A stretch of DNA of 64,000 nt from a virus. The translations under genes and the position numbers were made by a program. Location of the stretch: positions 3,647 through 67,646 of IMG/VR virus record IMGVR_UViG_3300025109_000007; one strand, given 5' to 3'. The notes beneath the pieces were generated by a model. That model did not search any database. It was not told the DNA's origin and saw only the letters and a list, made by a program, of their open reading frames with translations. Positions 19,417 through 28,327 of the stretch are shown here, in pieces. Position 1 is the first letter of the stretch. Each line of letters opens with the position of its first letter.

Positions 19417-20069
19417 CGACAGTGCTGGAACCGCGTCCGGCGGATGCAGCCGATCGGATCTTGGAAATCCGCACTGCCGCCGCATCCTGGTACCGGGCGC
19501 AGCCGTATGCATCCACCGGGCGCTGGCTCCTCGCACACTCGCGTCCAGCCTCCACCGGTGCCGTCTGAGGTTGCGGGTTCACACGTCGCGTGGTCCGGGT
19601 ACTGGAGTTCCTCGACGCCGTCGCAGTTCCAGTCGAAGCTCCCGTCGCCGCGGTCCATCGTGCGCCACCCGGGTGCGTCCGGATAGACGTCTCGGCTGAG
19701 GTCGTAGCAGTCCCCGGCTGCGTCTACGAAGCCGTCCGGCAAGACCCCGCGACAGGAGTAGGGGCGGGTGACGTCCGGGTCGCCGTAGCCGTCGCGGTCC
19801 ATGTCTCGATACGCGATGCAGTCGGGCCCGCCGTCGAGACCCGAGTCGGTTCCCGAGTCGACGCCGGAGTCGGGTGTGCGCTGGCCGCCATCGAGCCCGG
19901 CGTCCCCCCCACCGCCGCCGTCTCGGCCTGCGTCGTCGACAACCGAAGCGTCGCCGTCCGCGCCGCCTGCATCCATCGACGCCGGCCCATCGCACGCGAC
20001 GCACGTCGCGAGGATCAGGACCCAGCTCCATCGCTCCATCGGAACCCCCTTCGTCGCCACGGTAGCCAC
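19413..20069 (-). CDS. Putative lipoprotein with Cys/Asp-rich metal-binding (MopE-related-like) motif, antisense moron
   Basis: Signal peptide ending CVAC, DAG/DGG linker, DMDRDGYGDP...DCYD...DWNCDG. Confidence 0.7.
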   Translation of the reverse strand: MATVATKGVPMERWSWVLILATCVACDGPASMDAGGADGDASVVDDAGRDGGGGGDAGLDGGQRTPDSGVDSGTDSGLDGGPDCIAYRDMDRDGYGDPDVTRPYSCRGVLPDGFVDAAGDCYDLSRDVYPDAPGWRTMDRGDGSFDWNCDGVEELQYPDHATCEPATSDGTGGGWTRVCEEPAPGGCIRLRPVPGCGGSADFQDPIGCIRRTRFQHCR

Positions 20070-20072
20070 GGA

Positions 20073-20837
20073 ATGTTCTTTCGCATCCTACAACACCTCC
20101 TGCCGGATGGCGCGGCGTGGCGCACCACCGTCCAGAAGCAGCTACGGACGCTTCTCGAGGCCCTCGCACAGGAGCCCGAGGCGGCGCGCAGCTTCGTGGA
20201 CAAGGTCTACAGGGACCTGTTCCCGGACAGCACGCGCGAGCTCGCGGCCTGGGAGCGCTTCTTCGTCCTGCCGGGCACTGGGGACGAACCGACCCGCCGG
20301 CAGCGACTCGCCGCAGCCTGGCAGGAGACCGGGGGGCAGGCGCCTCGGTACCTGCAGGACGTCGTCCAGGCCGCCGGCTTCGACCTCTACGTGCACGAGT
20401 GGTGGTCCTCAGGGCCACCGTGGGTCGCGCGCGACCCTCGCGCACACACCGAGGTGCCCCTGATCGGGACCGTGCAGTGCGGTGAGCCCGACGCGCTCTG
20501 CGGTGAAGTCAGCGCGCAGTGCAACGCCTTCCTGGCGAACGAGCCCGGATACTTGGTCAACGTCGACCTCACCCCGACCGCCCCACCGCGCGTTCCGGAC
20601 GACCCCGCCTCCTGGCCGTTCTTCGTCTACTTCGGCGGCGCGACCTTCGGTGATCGCGTCGCGGTCACGGTCGCGCGCCGCCGCGAGCTCGAGGACCTCC
20701 TCCTCAAGCTCTGCCCGGCTCAGCACTGGATCGTGTTGCTCGTCGACTGGGTCGGCGAAGCGACGACCCGCGTGACGCTCGCAGGCGACACGCGCGTGAC
20801 CCTGAGCGGCGACACCCGCTTCACCCTCGGACTCTGA
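20073..20837 (+). CDS. Baseplate wedge partner (YmfQ/Mu gp48-like)
   Basis: LQHLLPDGAAW, ELAAWERFFVL, CPAQ; C-terminal TRVTLxGD repeats. Confidence 0.8.
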   Translation: MFFRILQHLLPDGAAWRTTVQKQLRTLLEALAQEPEAARSFVDKVYRDLFPDSTRELAAWERFFVLPGTGDEPTRRQRLAAAWQETGGQAPRYLQDVVQAAGFDLYVHEWWSSGPPWVARDPRAHTEVPLIGTVQCGEPDALCGEVSAQCNAFLANEPGYLVNVDLTPTAPPRVPDDPASWPFFVYFGGATFGDRVAVTVARRRELEDLLLKLCPAQHWIVLLVDWVGEATTRVTLAGDTRVTLSGDTRFTLGL

Positions 20838-20843
20838 GGAGCC

Positions 20844-22073
20844 ATGCCGACAACGATCAAGGACCTTCCGAACGAGCTCACGGCGGAGGCGATGGACCCC
20901 TCCGCCGATTGGATCGAGGTCGAGGACATCGACGCCAACGAGACGAAGAAGGCGCACCCGGACCAGTTCGTCCAGGGAGCCGGCGCGTTGGTCGACGCAG
21001 ACTTCGCGGGCATGTTCGCGGGCGCGCTGCACCGAGTTGGGCCCGGCGCGTACCGGGCTGTGCGGCACAACCTCTCGGCGACGTCGGTCCCGTCTGTGAA
21101 CGACGACGACACCCTCGGGTATGCGGTCGGGAGCGCCTGGGTGAACGTCCTCACCGACCGCGTGTGGATCCTCGTCGACGCGTCGACGGGCGCGGCGGTG
21201 TGGCTTGAGCTGCGTGGCGGCGACGTGGTGGGCCCTGCGAGCGCCGTCGACGGTGAACTCCCGGTGTTCGACGGGGTCACCGGCCAGCTTCTCAAGGCCG
21301 GCGCGGCAGCCGAGGCGCTCCTCCGGATCGCCGGCCGCGACACGCTTCGGCTCCGTGACTCCCCGGTCGCCAGCCTCCAAGCGCTCTCGCCGGCGTTCCT
21401 CGACCTCGACCTGGACACGAGCGGGGTCACCGGGGCGGCCGAGTGGTACGGCATCCGGCTCGACGCCTCGAACGACGTGCCGGGCGCCTTCCTGCTCTTC
21501 CGCGTCGGTGGGACCCGCGTCGGCGCCGTCGAGGTGCCCAGCGCGGCGCTCGGCGCCATCTTCCGCGGCGGGGACGGCGACGACACGAACCCGACCTTCG
21601 GCTTCGAGTCGGACCTGGACCTCGGCTTCTTCTTCGCGTCGGCCGGCGTGGTCGGACTCAACGGCGCGCTCGAGCCGAACGTCGATGGGAACGGCTCGCT
21701 GGGGACTGCGACGAGGGCCTTCGGCAACGTCTATGCCGACCAGATCAACGGCCGTCCCGTCGCGGCACCGACCCAGGTCGAGACCCTCGCTGGCACCACC
21801 GACACGCTGGCGGAGGCGGACAACGGCAAGGTGGTGCGCTGCACGAACGCCGGCACGGTCACCGTCACGGTCCCCACCGGCCTCACGCCCGGCACGACCG
21901 TGGAGTACGTGCAGGAGGGCGCGGGGCAAGTGCAGGTCGCGGCGGGCGCCGGGATGGCCCTGCGCCACGGTGCCACCTGGAACCCGTACACCGCCGAGCA
22001 GTACAGCTCGGTGGTCGTCACCATCCTCGACACGGACGAGGCCCTCGTCCGCGGCGACCTCGAGGCAGCCTGA
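20844..22073 (+). CDS. Tail fibre/spike protein
   Basis: PSVNDDDTLGYAVGSAWVN, GDVVGPASAVDG, beta-rich C-terminal domain. Confidence 0.75.
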   Translation: MPTTIKDLPNELTAEAMDPSADWIEVEDIDANETKKAHPDQFVQGAGALVDADFAGMFAGALHRVGPGAYRAVRHNLSATSVPSVNDDDTLGYAVGSAWVNVLTDRVWILVDASTGAAVWLELRGGDVVGPASAVDGELPVFDGVTGQLLKAGAAAEALLRIAGRDTLRLRDSPVASLQALSPAFLDLDLDTSGVTGAAEWYGIRLDASNDVPGAFLLFRVGGTRVGAVEVPSAALGAIFRGGDGDDTNPTFGFESDLDLGFFFASAGVVGLNGALEPNVDGNGSLGTATRAFGNVYADQINGRPVAAPTQVETLAGTTDTLAEADNGKVVRCTNAGTVTVTVPTGLTPGTTVEYVQEGAGQVQVAAGAGMALRHGATWNPYTAEQYSSVVVTILDTDEALVRGDLEAA

Positions 22074-22837
22074 TGCCGGCGACAGCCAGAGCGGGGGCGA
22101 CGGCGATGCAGGGCGCGCGGCGGACCCGCGTCTCGAGCTTCGACCCGCTCGGCGCGCAGCTCTACCTCTGGGCGCCGGAGGCCTCGACGGTCGAGCTCGA
22201 CGGCTCGAGCGAGGTCACGGAGTGGCGGAACCTCGGGACGGCGGGCTCCGCCCTCGACGCCTTGCGGGTGAGCGGCGCGGTCACCTACGTGCCCGGCTCG
22301 CACCTCGTCGTCCCGACGGGCAGCGAGTTTCTCAGCCGGCTGGCGGCGACGGCGCTCGACGTCGCGGACGACGGCGCCCTCGACGTGGTCGGCGTGTTCA
22401 GCTCGAGCGCGCCGAACGCCCAGCGCTTCCTCGTCGGAGGCCAGGGGCAGACGCACTTCACGCTGATCCCTCGCTGGTCGGGGCTCAGCGTCTTCCGGGT
22501 GCTCGACGGGGTGACGACGCTGCAGGCGGTCGGCGCGAGCCTCACGAACGACGGCACGATCTACTGCCAACGCGGGCGCTTCACGGGTGCAGCGGCACCG
22601 AGCAACGACTCGAGCAGCCTGAAGACCAACGACGTGGCGGGGTCGACGGCGACCGCGAACCTCGGGGCGGTCAGCTTCGGGGCCGACAAGCTCGCGTTCT
22701 TCTCTGTCGGTGGCTCCGAGTTCATCGGCAACTGCTACGCGCTCATCGCGAAGGTCGGCGGCTTCTCGGCCGGCGAGCTCACCGAGCTCACCACGCGGAT
22801 CAACGCGGCCTTCGGGACCGCACTGGCGGGCGTGTGA
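22073..22837 (+). CDS. Putative receptor-binding / beta-sandwich tail protein
   Basis: FDPLGAQLYLW...VTEWRNL N-terminus; beta-rich; coupled. Confidence 0.55.
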   Translation: MPATARAGATAMQGARRTRVSSFDPLGAQLYLWAPEASTVELDGSSEVTEWRNLGTAGSALDALRVSGAVTYVPGSHLVVPTGSEFLSRLAATALDVADDGALDVVGVFSSSAPNAQRFLVGGQGQTHFTLIPRWSGLSVFRVLDGVTTLQAVGASLTNDGTIYCQRGRFTGAAAPSNDSSSLKTNDVAGSTATANLGAVSFGADKLAFFSVGGSEFIGNCYALIAKVGGFSAGELTELTTRINAAFGTALAGV

Positions 22838-23352
22838 TGGCCGCCGTCACGGACAGCTTCGACCCGGAGGACTACGGCCGGCTCCTGGTCGAGTCGACAC
22901 GGCTTCACCAGGAGTGCCGCGAGGGGCAGCAGCGCGCGGAGGACAAGATCGACGCGCTCACCGCGGCTCAGCGCGAAACGAAGAAGGAGCTCGACGAGAT
23001 GCGCGAGTCGCTGAAGGAGCGCGCGGGCGAGCGAAAGAGCAACGCGCGCTGGTGGGCGGCCGCGTTCGCCATCCTCGGCGGCGTCTCTGCGTACCTCTTC
23101 CCGTCGATGCTCGACGCGCGGTCACGGATCGATCGCGCCGAGGTGGAGCTTGCGGCCACTCGGTCAGCAGCCGCCCGCCATGAGCGCGAGCTCCAGGAGC
23201 ACGAGGACAGCCCAGGGCACGCCGGCAACAGAACGGACATCGGAGCGATCCGCGGCGACATTCGCGAGCTCGGCGCCACGGTCCGCTCCCTCACCGAAGC
23301 CGTGCGCGAGACCCAAGAGGACGTGCGCGAGATCCGACGGAGGGTCCGGTGA
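22837..23352 (+). CDS. Coiled-coil single-TM protein, possible holin/lysis accessory
   Basis: WWAAAFAILGGVSAYLF between two coiled coils; lies after the tail genes. Confidence 0.5.
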   Translation: MAAVTDSFDPEDYGRLLVESTRLHQECREGQQRAEDKIDALTAAQRETKKELDEMRESLKERAGERKSNARWWAAAFAILGGVSAYLFPSMLDARSRIDRAEVELAATRSAAARHERELQEHEDSPGHAGNRTDIGAIRGDIRELGATVRSLTEAVRETQEDVREIRRRVR

Positions 23353-23669
23353 GGCCCCACCTGGTCCGCGCGGTCGAACGCGTCGCCGCCCACCTCCCGC
23401 GCGACGACGAGGAGGTCATGCGCTCGTGGCGCCTGATCGCGGCGGCGCTCCGGCGCGGCGAGCGCGCGAGCTCGCAGACGCTCCCGCGCATCGCCGGACT
23501 CGCTCAGCACGCGGTGCTCGCGCGCGAGCTCCTCGACCAGCTCGTCCCGGCGCTCCCGCCGACCCTCTACGCGGCCGCGGCGGACGCCCGGACGCACATC
23601 GTCGCGATCCTCAGCGCGCTGTCGCCGGGGAGCGACTCGGAGCCGCCCGAGCGCGGCATGGAGACCTGA
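23349..23669 (+). CDS. Hypothetical protein
   Basis: GTGA coupling. Confidence 0.5.
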   Translation: MRPHLVRAVERVAAHLPRDDEEVMRSWRLIAAALRRGERASSQTLPRIAGLAQHAVLARELLDQLVPALPPTLYAAAADARTHIVAILSALSPGSDSEPPERGMET

Positions 23670-23670
23670 T

Positions 23671-24498
23671 ATGACGAAGATCCTCGAACCCTGGCGGTGG
23701 CCGATCGCCGTCGTCCTGAGCGTCGCGCTCGCGTCGCTCGCCGCCCTGTTCCTCCTCGGACCGCAGCTCGGCGTCGACCCGGAGACCCTCGGCGACGTGA
23801 AGCGCTGGCTCGCCGGCGGAGCGGCCGCGCTCGGCGCGCTGCTCCTCCCCGCGCTGAAGGCCTGGCTCACGGCCGACTCCGACGGCGACGGCAAGCCCGA
23901 CTGGATGGACAAGACGCCCACCGGCCCGCGGGACACCCTCGTCGCGCTCCTCGTCGCTGGCGGGGTGGTGCTCGGCGCCGGGACTCTGCAGGGCTGCGGC
24001 GCCGGAGCTCTCGGCGTGCAGGCGGACATGGTGGCGGTCGGTGGCATCCTGGCGGCGGAAGCCGACGCGGCCCTCGTCCGAGCTCGCGCGGCCGACCTCG
24101 AGGAGGTCGTCACCGATGCGCGCGCGGAGTGTGGCTCCGGCGACTGCGACGAAGAGCGGCGCGATCACTGGCGCGGCGAGCTCGCGGCGCGCGAGCGGAG
24201 GTGGGCGCCGGCGATGGCCTGCCGCGAGCAGGTGCCCGAGGTGCTGCGCGGATGGGGCGAGGCGCTCGACACCGCCCGCGTGGCGCAGACGAGCAGCGTC
24301 GGCCTCGAGCTGCTCGCGCGGCACGGGGGGCGCTTCGTCCTCGCCTACGACGCCTTCCGGGGCTGCGTCGAGACGGCCGCCCCCGAGCGCGTCGATCTAC
24401 CCGACCCACCGCCGGAGCTGCTCGTCTACGCGGAGGCCTTCACCCAGCGCTCGCCCGCGGCGTCAGCCACGGCCGGCGGAGAGGCAGGTGCGCGATGA
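23671..24498 (+). CDS. Membrane protein of the lysis region
   Basis: 2-3 hydrophobic segments, DSDGDGKPD motif, internal LQGC lipobox-like motif. Confidence 0.6.
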   Translation: MTKILEPWRWPIAVVLSVALASLAALFLLGPQLGVDPETLGDVKRWLAGGAAALGALLLPALKAWLTADSDGDGKPDWMDKTPTGPRDTLVALLVAGGVVLGAGTLQGCGAGALGVQADMVAVGGILAAEADAALVRARAADLEEVVTDARAECGSGDCDEERRDHWRGELAARERRWAPAMACREQVPEVLRGWGEALDTARVAQTSSVGLELLARHGGRFVLAYDAFRGCVETAAPERVDLPDPPPELLVYAEAFTQRSPAASATAGGEAGAR

Positions 24499-24920
24499 CG
24501 CCAGTGATGACCCCGGAGCAGGTCGCGCTCGAGCTGCTCAAGGTCGCGATCGCCGCCGGCGGCGGGATCGTCGAGCTCGTCACCGAGCAGGAGCGGAAGT
24601 CGCTCGAGGAGCGGATCGAGCGCGCGCTCGCCGCGGTGAAGGACCCGATCGACACCACCGAGGAGGACGCCAGCCGGCGCGCGCGCCTCGAGGCCGTGCT
24701 CCGAGGCGAGGGCGATGACGTCAGCGTGGTCGTCAACGGCCGGCCCACCCGGCTCCCGGCGCGGGCGGCATACGAGCAGCTCGTGGCGGCGGCCGGGATG
24801 TCGGGTCAGCCGACGGTCGTCGTCCGCGGCGCGGGCGCCGGGCGGACCGTCACGCCCGGCCAAGTCGTCGACCTCGCGGCCGGCGCGACCGTCAACGTCG
24901 CCCACACGAGCAACGCGTGA
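24495..24920 (+). CDS. Protein with C-terminal ubiquitin-like (beta-grasp) domain
   Basis: VSVVVNGRP...AYEQLVAAAG...TVTPGQVVDLAAGATVNVAHT. Confidence 0.55.
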   Translation: MTPVMTPEQVALELLKVAIAAGGGIVELVTEQERKSLEERIERALAAVKDPIDTTEEDASRRARLEAVLRGEGDDVSVVVNGRPTRLPARAAYEQLVAAAGMSGQPTVVVRGAGAGRTVTPGQVVDLAAGATVNVAHTSNA

Positions 24921-25114
24921 TGGAGGCCCCCACGCCGTGCGACTGCGGCGAGCTCGTTGAGCTCGACGAGATGGTGCCCGACCCGGGCAACCCGCGCCGC
25001 CTCGTCTGCCGCGAGTGCGCCGACAACTTCGACGGCGAGCCTCTCGTCGAGGCGGAGCGCCCCCTCACGCCGGAGGAGGAGGAGTTCTACGCCGGTTGCG
25101 TGAGGGTTCTGTGA
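24917..25114 (+). CDS. Small zinc-finger protein
   Basis: CDCG...CRECA. Confidence 0.55.
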   Translation: MMEAPTPCDCGELVELDEMVPDPGNPRRLVCRECADNFDGEPLVEAERPLTPEEEEFYAGCVRVL

Positions 25115-25292
25115 AGGCGCTCCGCGCAGGGCAGGGCGAGCACGGAGAACCCCGCCGCCGGCCGATCTGGGTCTCAGGTCCGGCCGAGCCGGCGGGGCAC
25201 CCCCCGCGGCCGCGTGAGCACCTCGGTGGACGTCTGGGCACCCTCGGAGACCTCCTCTGGCTCCGGGCCGAGCAGACGTCAGCGAGGCGCCC

Positions 25293-25604
25293 GTGACGGC
25301 CCTCGTCTCGATTCCGCGCGCGGCGTCGCTCGAGGAGGCGGTGGACCGCGGCCCGCGCTGGCGGCCGATCGCGGACCTGGGCGAGGGGCCCCACGCCTAC
25401 GGCGACGGCCGCCCGATGCGCGTCGTGGTCTCCTGCCCCTCGGGGCAGCTGCTCGGGCTCCCGCACGACGTCGGAGACGACGGCCGCGTCAGCCCGTCGA
25501 TCGTCTGTCGGTGCGGGTGCGGCTGGCACGTCTTCGGCCGGCTCGAGGACTGGGCCTCCGCCCCGCGCGCACCGGAGCGCCTCGAGAGTGGGGATGCTCG
25601 ATGA
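25293..25604 (+). CDS. Small Cys/His protein, DUF6527-like
   Basis: SCPSG...VSPSIVCRCGCGWHVF...W. Confidence 0.5.
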   Translation: MTALVSIPRAASLEEAVDRGPRWRPIADLGEGPHAYGDGRPMRVVVSCPSGQLLGLPHDVGDDGRVSPSIVCRCGCGWHVFGRLEDWASAPRAPERLESGDAR

Positions 25605-26500
25605 GCGTGACTCGAGAGGCCGTGATCGACGCCGTCGCGCACGAGGTCCTCGAGCGCGGGGCCAAGGCGGCCGAGGTCCCCTTCGAGTTCGCCACCGCGG
25701 TGGCCGACCGCCTCGAGCTCGTGGCGGCCGCGCGCGCGCCAGCTCCCGCGGCGGCGCACGTCGCGCCCGAGCGCGGGCTCGTGATAGGCGGGGAGGTGAT
25801 CCCCGGCACCGACTGGGTTCGCCGCGATCCGCGCTACTGGTGGACCAGCGGCCGCGGGACACGCCCCCGCGCGCGCGTCGTCGATCTCCTCGTGGGTCAC
25901 TGGACCGCCGGAGAGGCGGGGACCCGCGACCCGGATGGGGCCGCACCGCTCACCGAGTACGACGACGACGGGCCCCGGGTGGTCCGGGTCATGCGCTCGA
26001 GGAAGCGCAACGGACGGCCGCTCAACGTCGGGATTCACTTCGTCATCGGCGCATGCGACCCGTCGGAGAGCTACGCCCCGATCTGGCAGACCGCGGACCC
26101 GGGCGAGGTGGCGACGGTCCACCTCGGGACCGGCGCCCTCAACGCGCGCTCGATCGGCGTCGAGGTGGTCTCGGCGGGCCTGCCGGGGCCGCTCGACCAT
26201 CGCTCTCGCCCGCGAGTGCGCATCCCCCTGCTCGGGCGGCAGCAAGAGGTGCTCGCGTTCTTCCCCGGGCAGCTGCGGACCTGGGTGGCTCTCGCGGAGG
26301 CCGTCGCTCGGCTTGAGGGCCGCGCGGGGGTCCACGTGCCGCGCCGTGTGCCCTCCTTCGGCGCCGAGCGCCGCTTCAGCGCCGCGGAGGCGCGAGGCTA
26401 CGCGGGAGCGATGGAGCACCTCCACTCGCCGCGAACGCGCAAGATCGACGCCGGTGGACTACTCGTCGCGGCGCTGCGTGACGCGGGGTGGGCAGCGTAG
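25601..26500 (+). CDS. Endolysin, N-acetylmuramoyl-L-alanine amidase (Amidase_2-like)
   Basis: VGHWTAG, GIHFVIG, NARSIGVEV, EH...RKIDAG. Confidence 0.85.
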   Translation: MSVTREAVIDAVAHEVLERGAKAAEVPFEFATAVADRLELVAAARAPAPAAAHVAPERGLVIGGEVIPGTDWVRRDPRYWWTSGRGTRPRARVVDLLVGHWTAGEAGTRDPDGAAPLTEYDDDGPRVVRVMRSRKRNGRPLNVGIHFVIGACDPSESYAPIWQTADPGEVATVHLGTGALNARSIGVEVVSAGLPGPLDHRSRPRVRIPLLGRQQEVLAFFPGQLRTWVALAEAVARLEGRAGVHVPRRVPSFGAERRFSAAEARGYAGAMEHLHSPRTRKIDAGGLLVAALRDAGWAA

Positions 26501-26582
26501 CCTGGATGCTCACGCCGGAGAGATCATCGGGAAGAGGTCCGCGGCGGGGTGCGTGTCGTCTACTGCGCCGGGCGCGTGACTC

Positions 26583-27152
26583 CTAGTGTGCATTCGATAG
26601 TTGTGTGAAATCCCACTGCTGGAGACGGCGCTCTGCGGCCTCCGGAGTCTCGGCAAAAACGGCCTTGCCCAGACCTTTGAGGACAGCAAACGAGATGATC
26701 AACGACGCGAGTGGAAGGAGTGCTCCATGGCCAAAAACGCCTCGGACCAGCATCCAGTTGGAGGACTGCTCGAGCAGCTCGGAGATCTCGAACAGCACGT
26801 CGCGACGTTCGGCACTGTGGAAATGTGTGTCCATGTCGGACTTGTACATGCGCCGGATGACAGCGCTTTCTTCGCGACTCGGCCGCTGACCAGGCTTGCT
26901 CACGCAAGTGACAAAGTCGTCGAACGAGGCGTCGCGCGCCATGTGGATCTTGTGGGCCAGGATGAAGTCTGCGTCGCGAAACAGGAGGCTCTCGCGCAGC
27001 CATTCGTGCCGAGCGGACATCGCGAAGAGTCGGTCTCGGAGCCCATGAAGTGCGTAGACAGTCACACGCTGGGCGAGCCACGGGATGCCCACGAACAGCA
27101 CGAGCGACGTGGTCATGAGAGCGACGAATATGATGAGTAGGTCAGCCAGCAT
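26583..27152 (-). CDS. Membrane protein (cargo)
   Basis: N- and C-terminal hydrophobic helices; more A/T-rich than flanks. Confidence 0.7.
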   Translation of the reverse strand: MLADLLIIFVALMTTSLVLFVGIPWLAQRVTVYALHGLRDRLFAMSARHEWLRESLLFRDADFILAHKIHMARDASFDDFVTCVSKPGQRPSREESAVIRRMYKSDMDTHFHSAERRDVLFEISELLEQSSNWMLVRGVFGHGALLPLASLIISFAVLKGLGKAVFAETPEAAERRLQQWDFTQLSNAH

Positions 27153-27157
27153 GTCGC

Positions 27158-27766
27158 TTACCTTCCCTTCTTAGCCCTGTTTTTGCGCTTGGCACGCTCT
27201 TTATTTGCAGGCGTTCCGGCCTGCGAGTCTCTCCGCTCGTCTACCCTAACGCGCTGCGGCGAGTCGATCTTGTCGCCTGGGTCTTTCAGGCCCCGGGATC
27301 GCTCTACCAAGTTGATACCATATTCCTCGAGCTTTTTGGCATCGGTGCTCGAGATACGTTTGGGGTCGACGAGCTTCCGGAGGAAGGCGTTGTGGGCCCC
27401 CTGCTGACGGATACGGCGGTTCTGAAAGGCGATGAAGATCCCCAAGGCGAGCCACGAGACGCCCGTCAGCAAATAGCCGCCCACCGTGACCAGCTGGCTG
27501 GAAGCGATCTCTGCCATCGCATCGAGCAGCGACTGAGCGAGGGTGAGGGCCGTCAGACGGTCAGTTGGATCGAGGAGCCACGTGAAGCCTAGGACGAGCA
27601 CCACGCCGAGCACACCGAAGCCGAGGAGTACGACTGGACTCAGAACCTGTCTCGTGACAAGGAAAAGGTACTGGACCAGGCTTCGAAAGAGTTCAGGACC
27701 CCAACGGAACTTGGCCTCCTCGTCAGCATCCTCTCGGCCCGGGGTCTGTTCAGGATCGTCTGGCAC
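27158..27766 (-). CDS. Two-TM membrane protein with basic tail (cargo)
   Basis: Two hydrophobic helices; 5 bp from the next gene. Confidence 0.7.
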   Translation of the reverse strand: MPDDPEQTPGREDADEEAKFRWGPELFRSLVQYLFLVTRQVLSPVVLLGFGVLGVVLVLGFTWLLDPTDRLTALTLAQSLLDAMAEIASSQLVTVGGYLLTGVSWLALGIFIAFQNRRIRQQGAHNAFLRKLVDPKRISSTDAKKLEEYGINLVERSRGLKDPGDKIDSPQRVRVDERRDSQAGTPANKERAKRKNRAKKGR

Positions 27767-28026
27767 GCAAGGAGGCTAGATCAGTTCGGCCCTTCGGGGA
27801 AGAATCCTCGAATGGCCTCACCCCTCGGCCGACCGCCCCGCCGCGACCTGCCGCCCCGCGAGGACGGCGTGCCAGAGCGTGCGGCCGGGCCGACGGTAGT
27901 CCTCGTGGAGGGTGAGCCGCAGCGGGCCGACCTGGACGGTCACGAAGTCGAGCCGCGGAGACGTGAGGGCGGGGAGGCTGGCGTCGCGCATGCCCGGGTC
28001 TTCGGCCAGCGCACGCCGCGGTTGCG

Positions 28027-28173
28027 TCACTTCGTGGCGAGACGCCAGCGCGCGACGTCCCCGGGCCGCGCGACGCGCTCGAGCGGCACTCCGGCCCGCC
28101 GCATCACAGCGACGTCCCGGTAGGCCGTGGCGCGGCTGACGCCGATCTCGGCGGCGAGCTCGACGACGCGCCG
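28027..28173 (-). pseudogene. 5'-truncated HTH gene fragment
   Basis: Frame reads stop-RRVVELAAEIGVSRATAYRDVAVMRRAGVPLE...WRLATK-stop, no start codon before the HTH. Confidence 0.45.
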
Positions 28174-28327
28174 CTAGCGACACTCTGCGGCGAGGTTCTC
28201 ACCCGCCAACACAGTCGCCTGGAGAACTCCGTCGAACACGAGTTCGTCGTCACCCGCGGCTGCCTCCGCCAACGAGCTCGCACGCTGGTGGAGGACTCGT
28301 CCTTCGCTGGTTCTTTTCGCGCGTGCA

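Noticed and set aside
11692-22837. Tailocin or extracellular contractile injection system
   Set aside because: No sheath or tube gene seen, and it is linked to replication, cos-like and decoration genes
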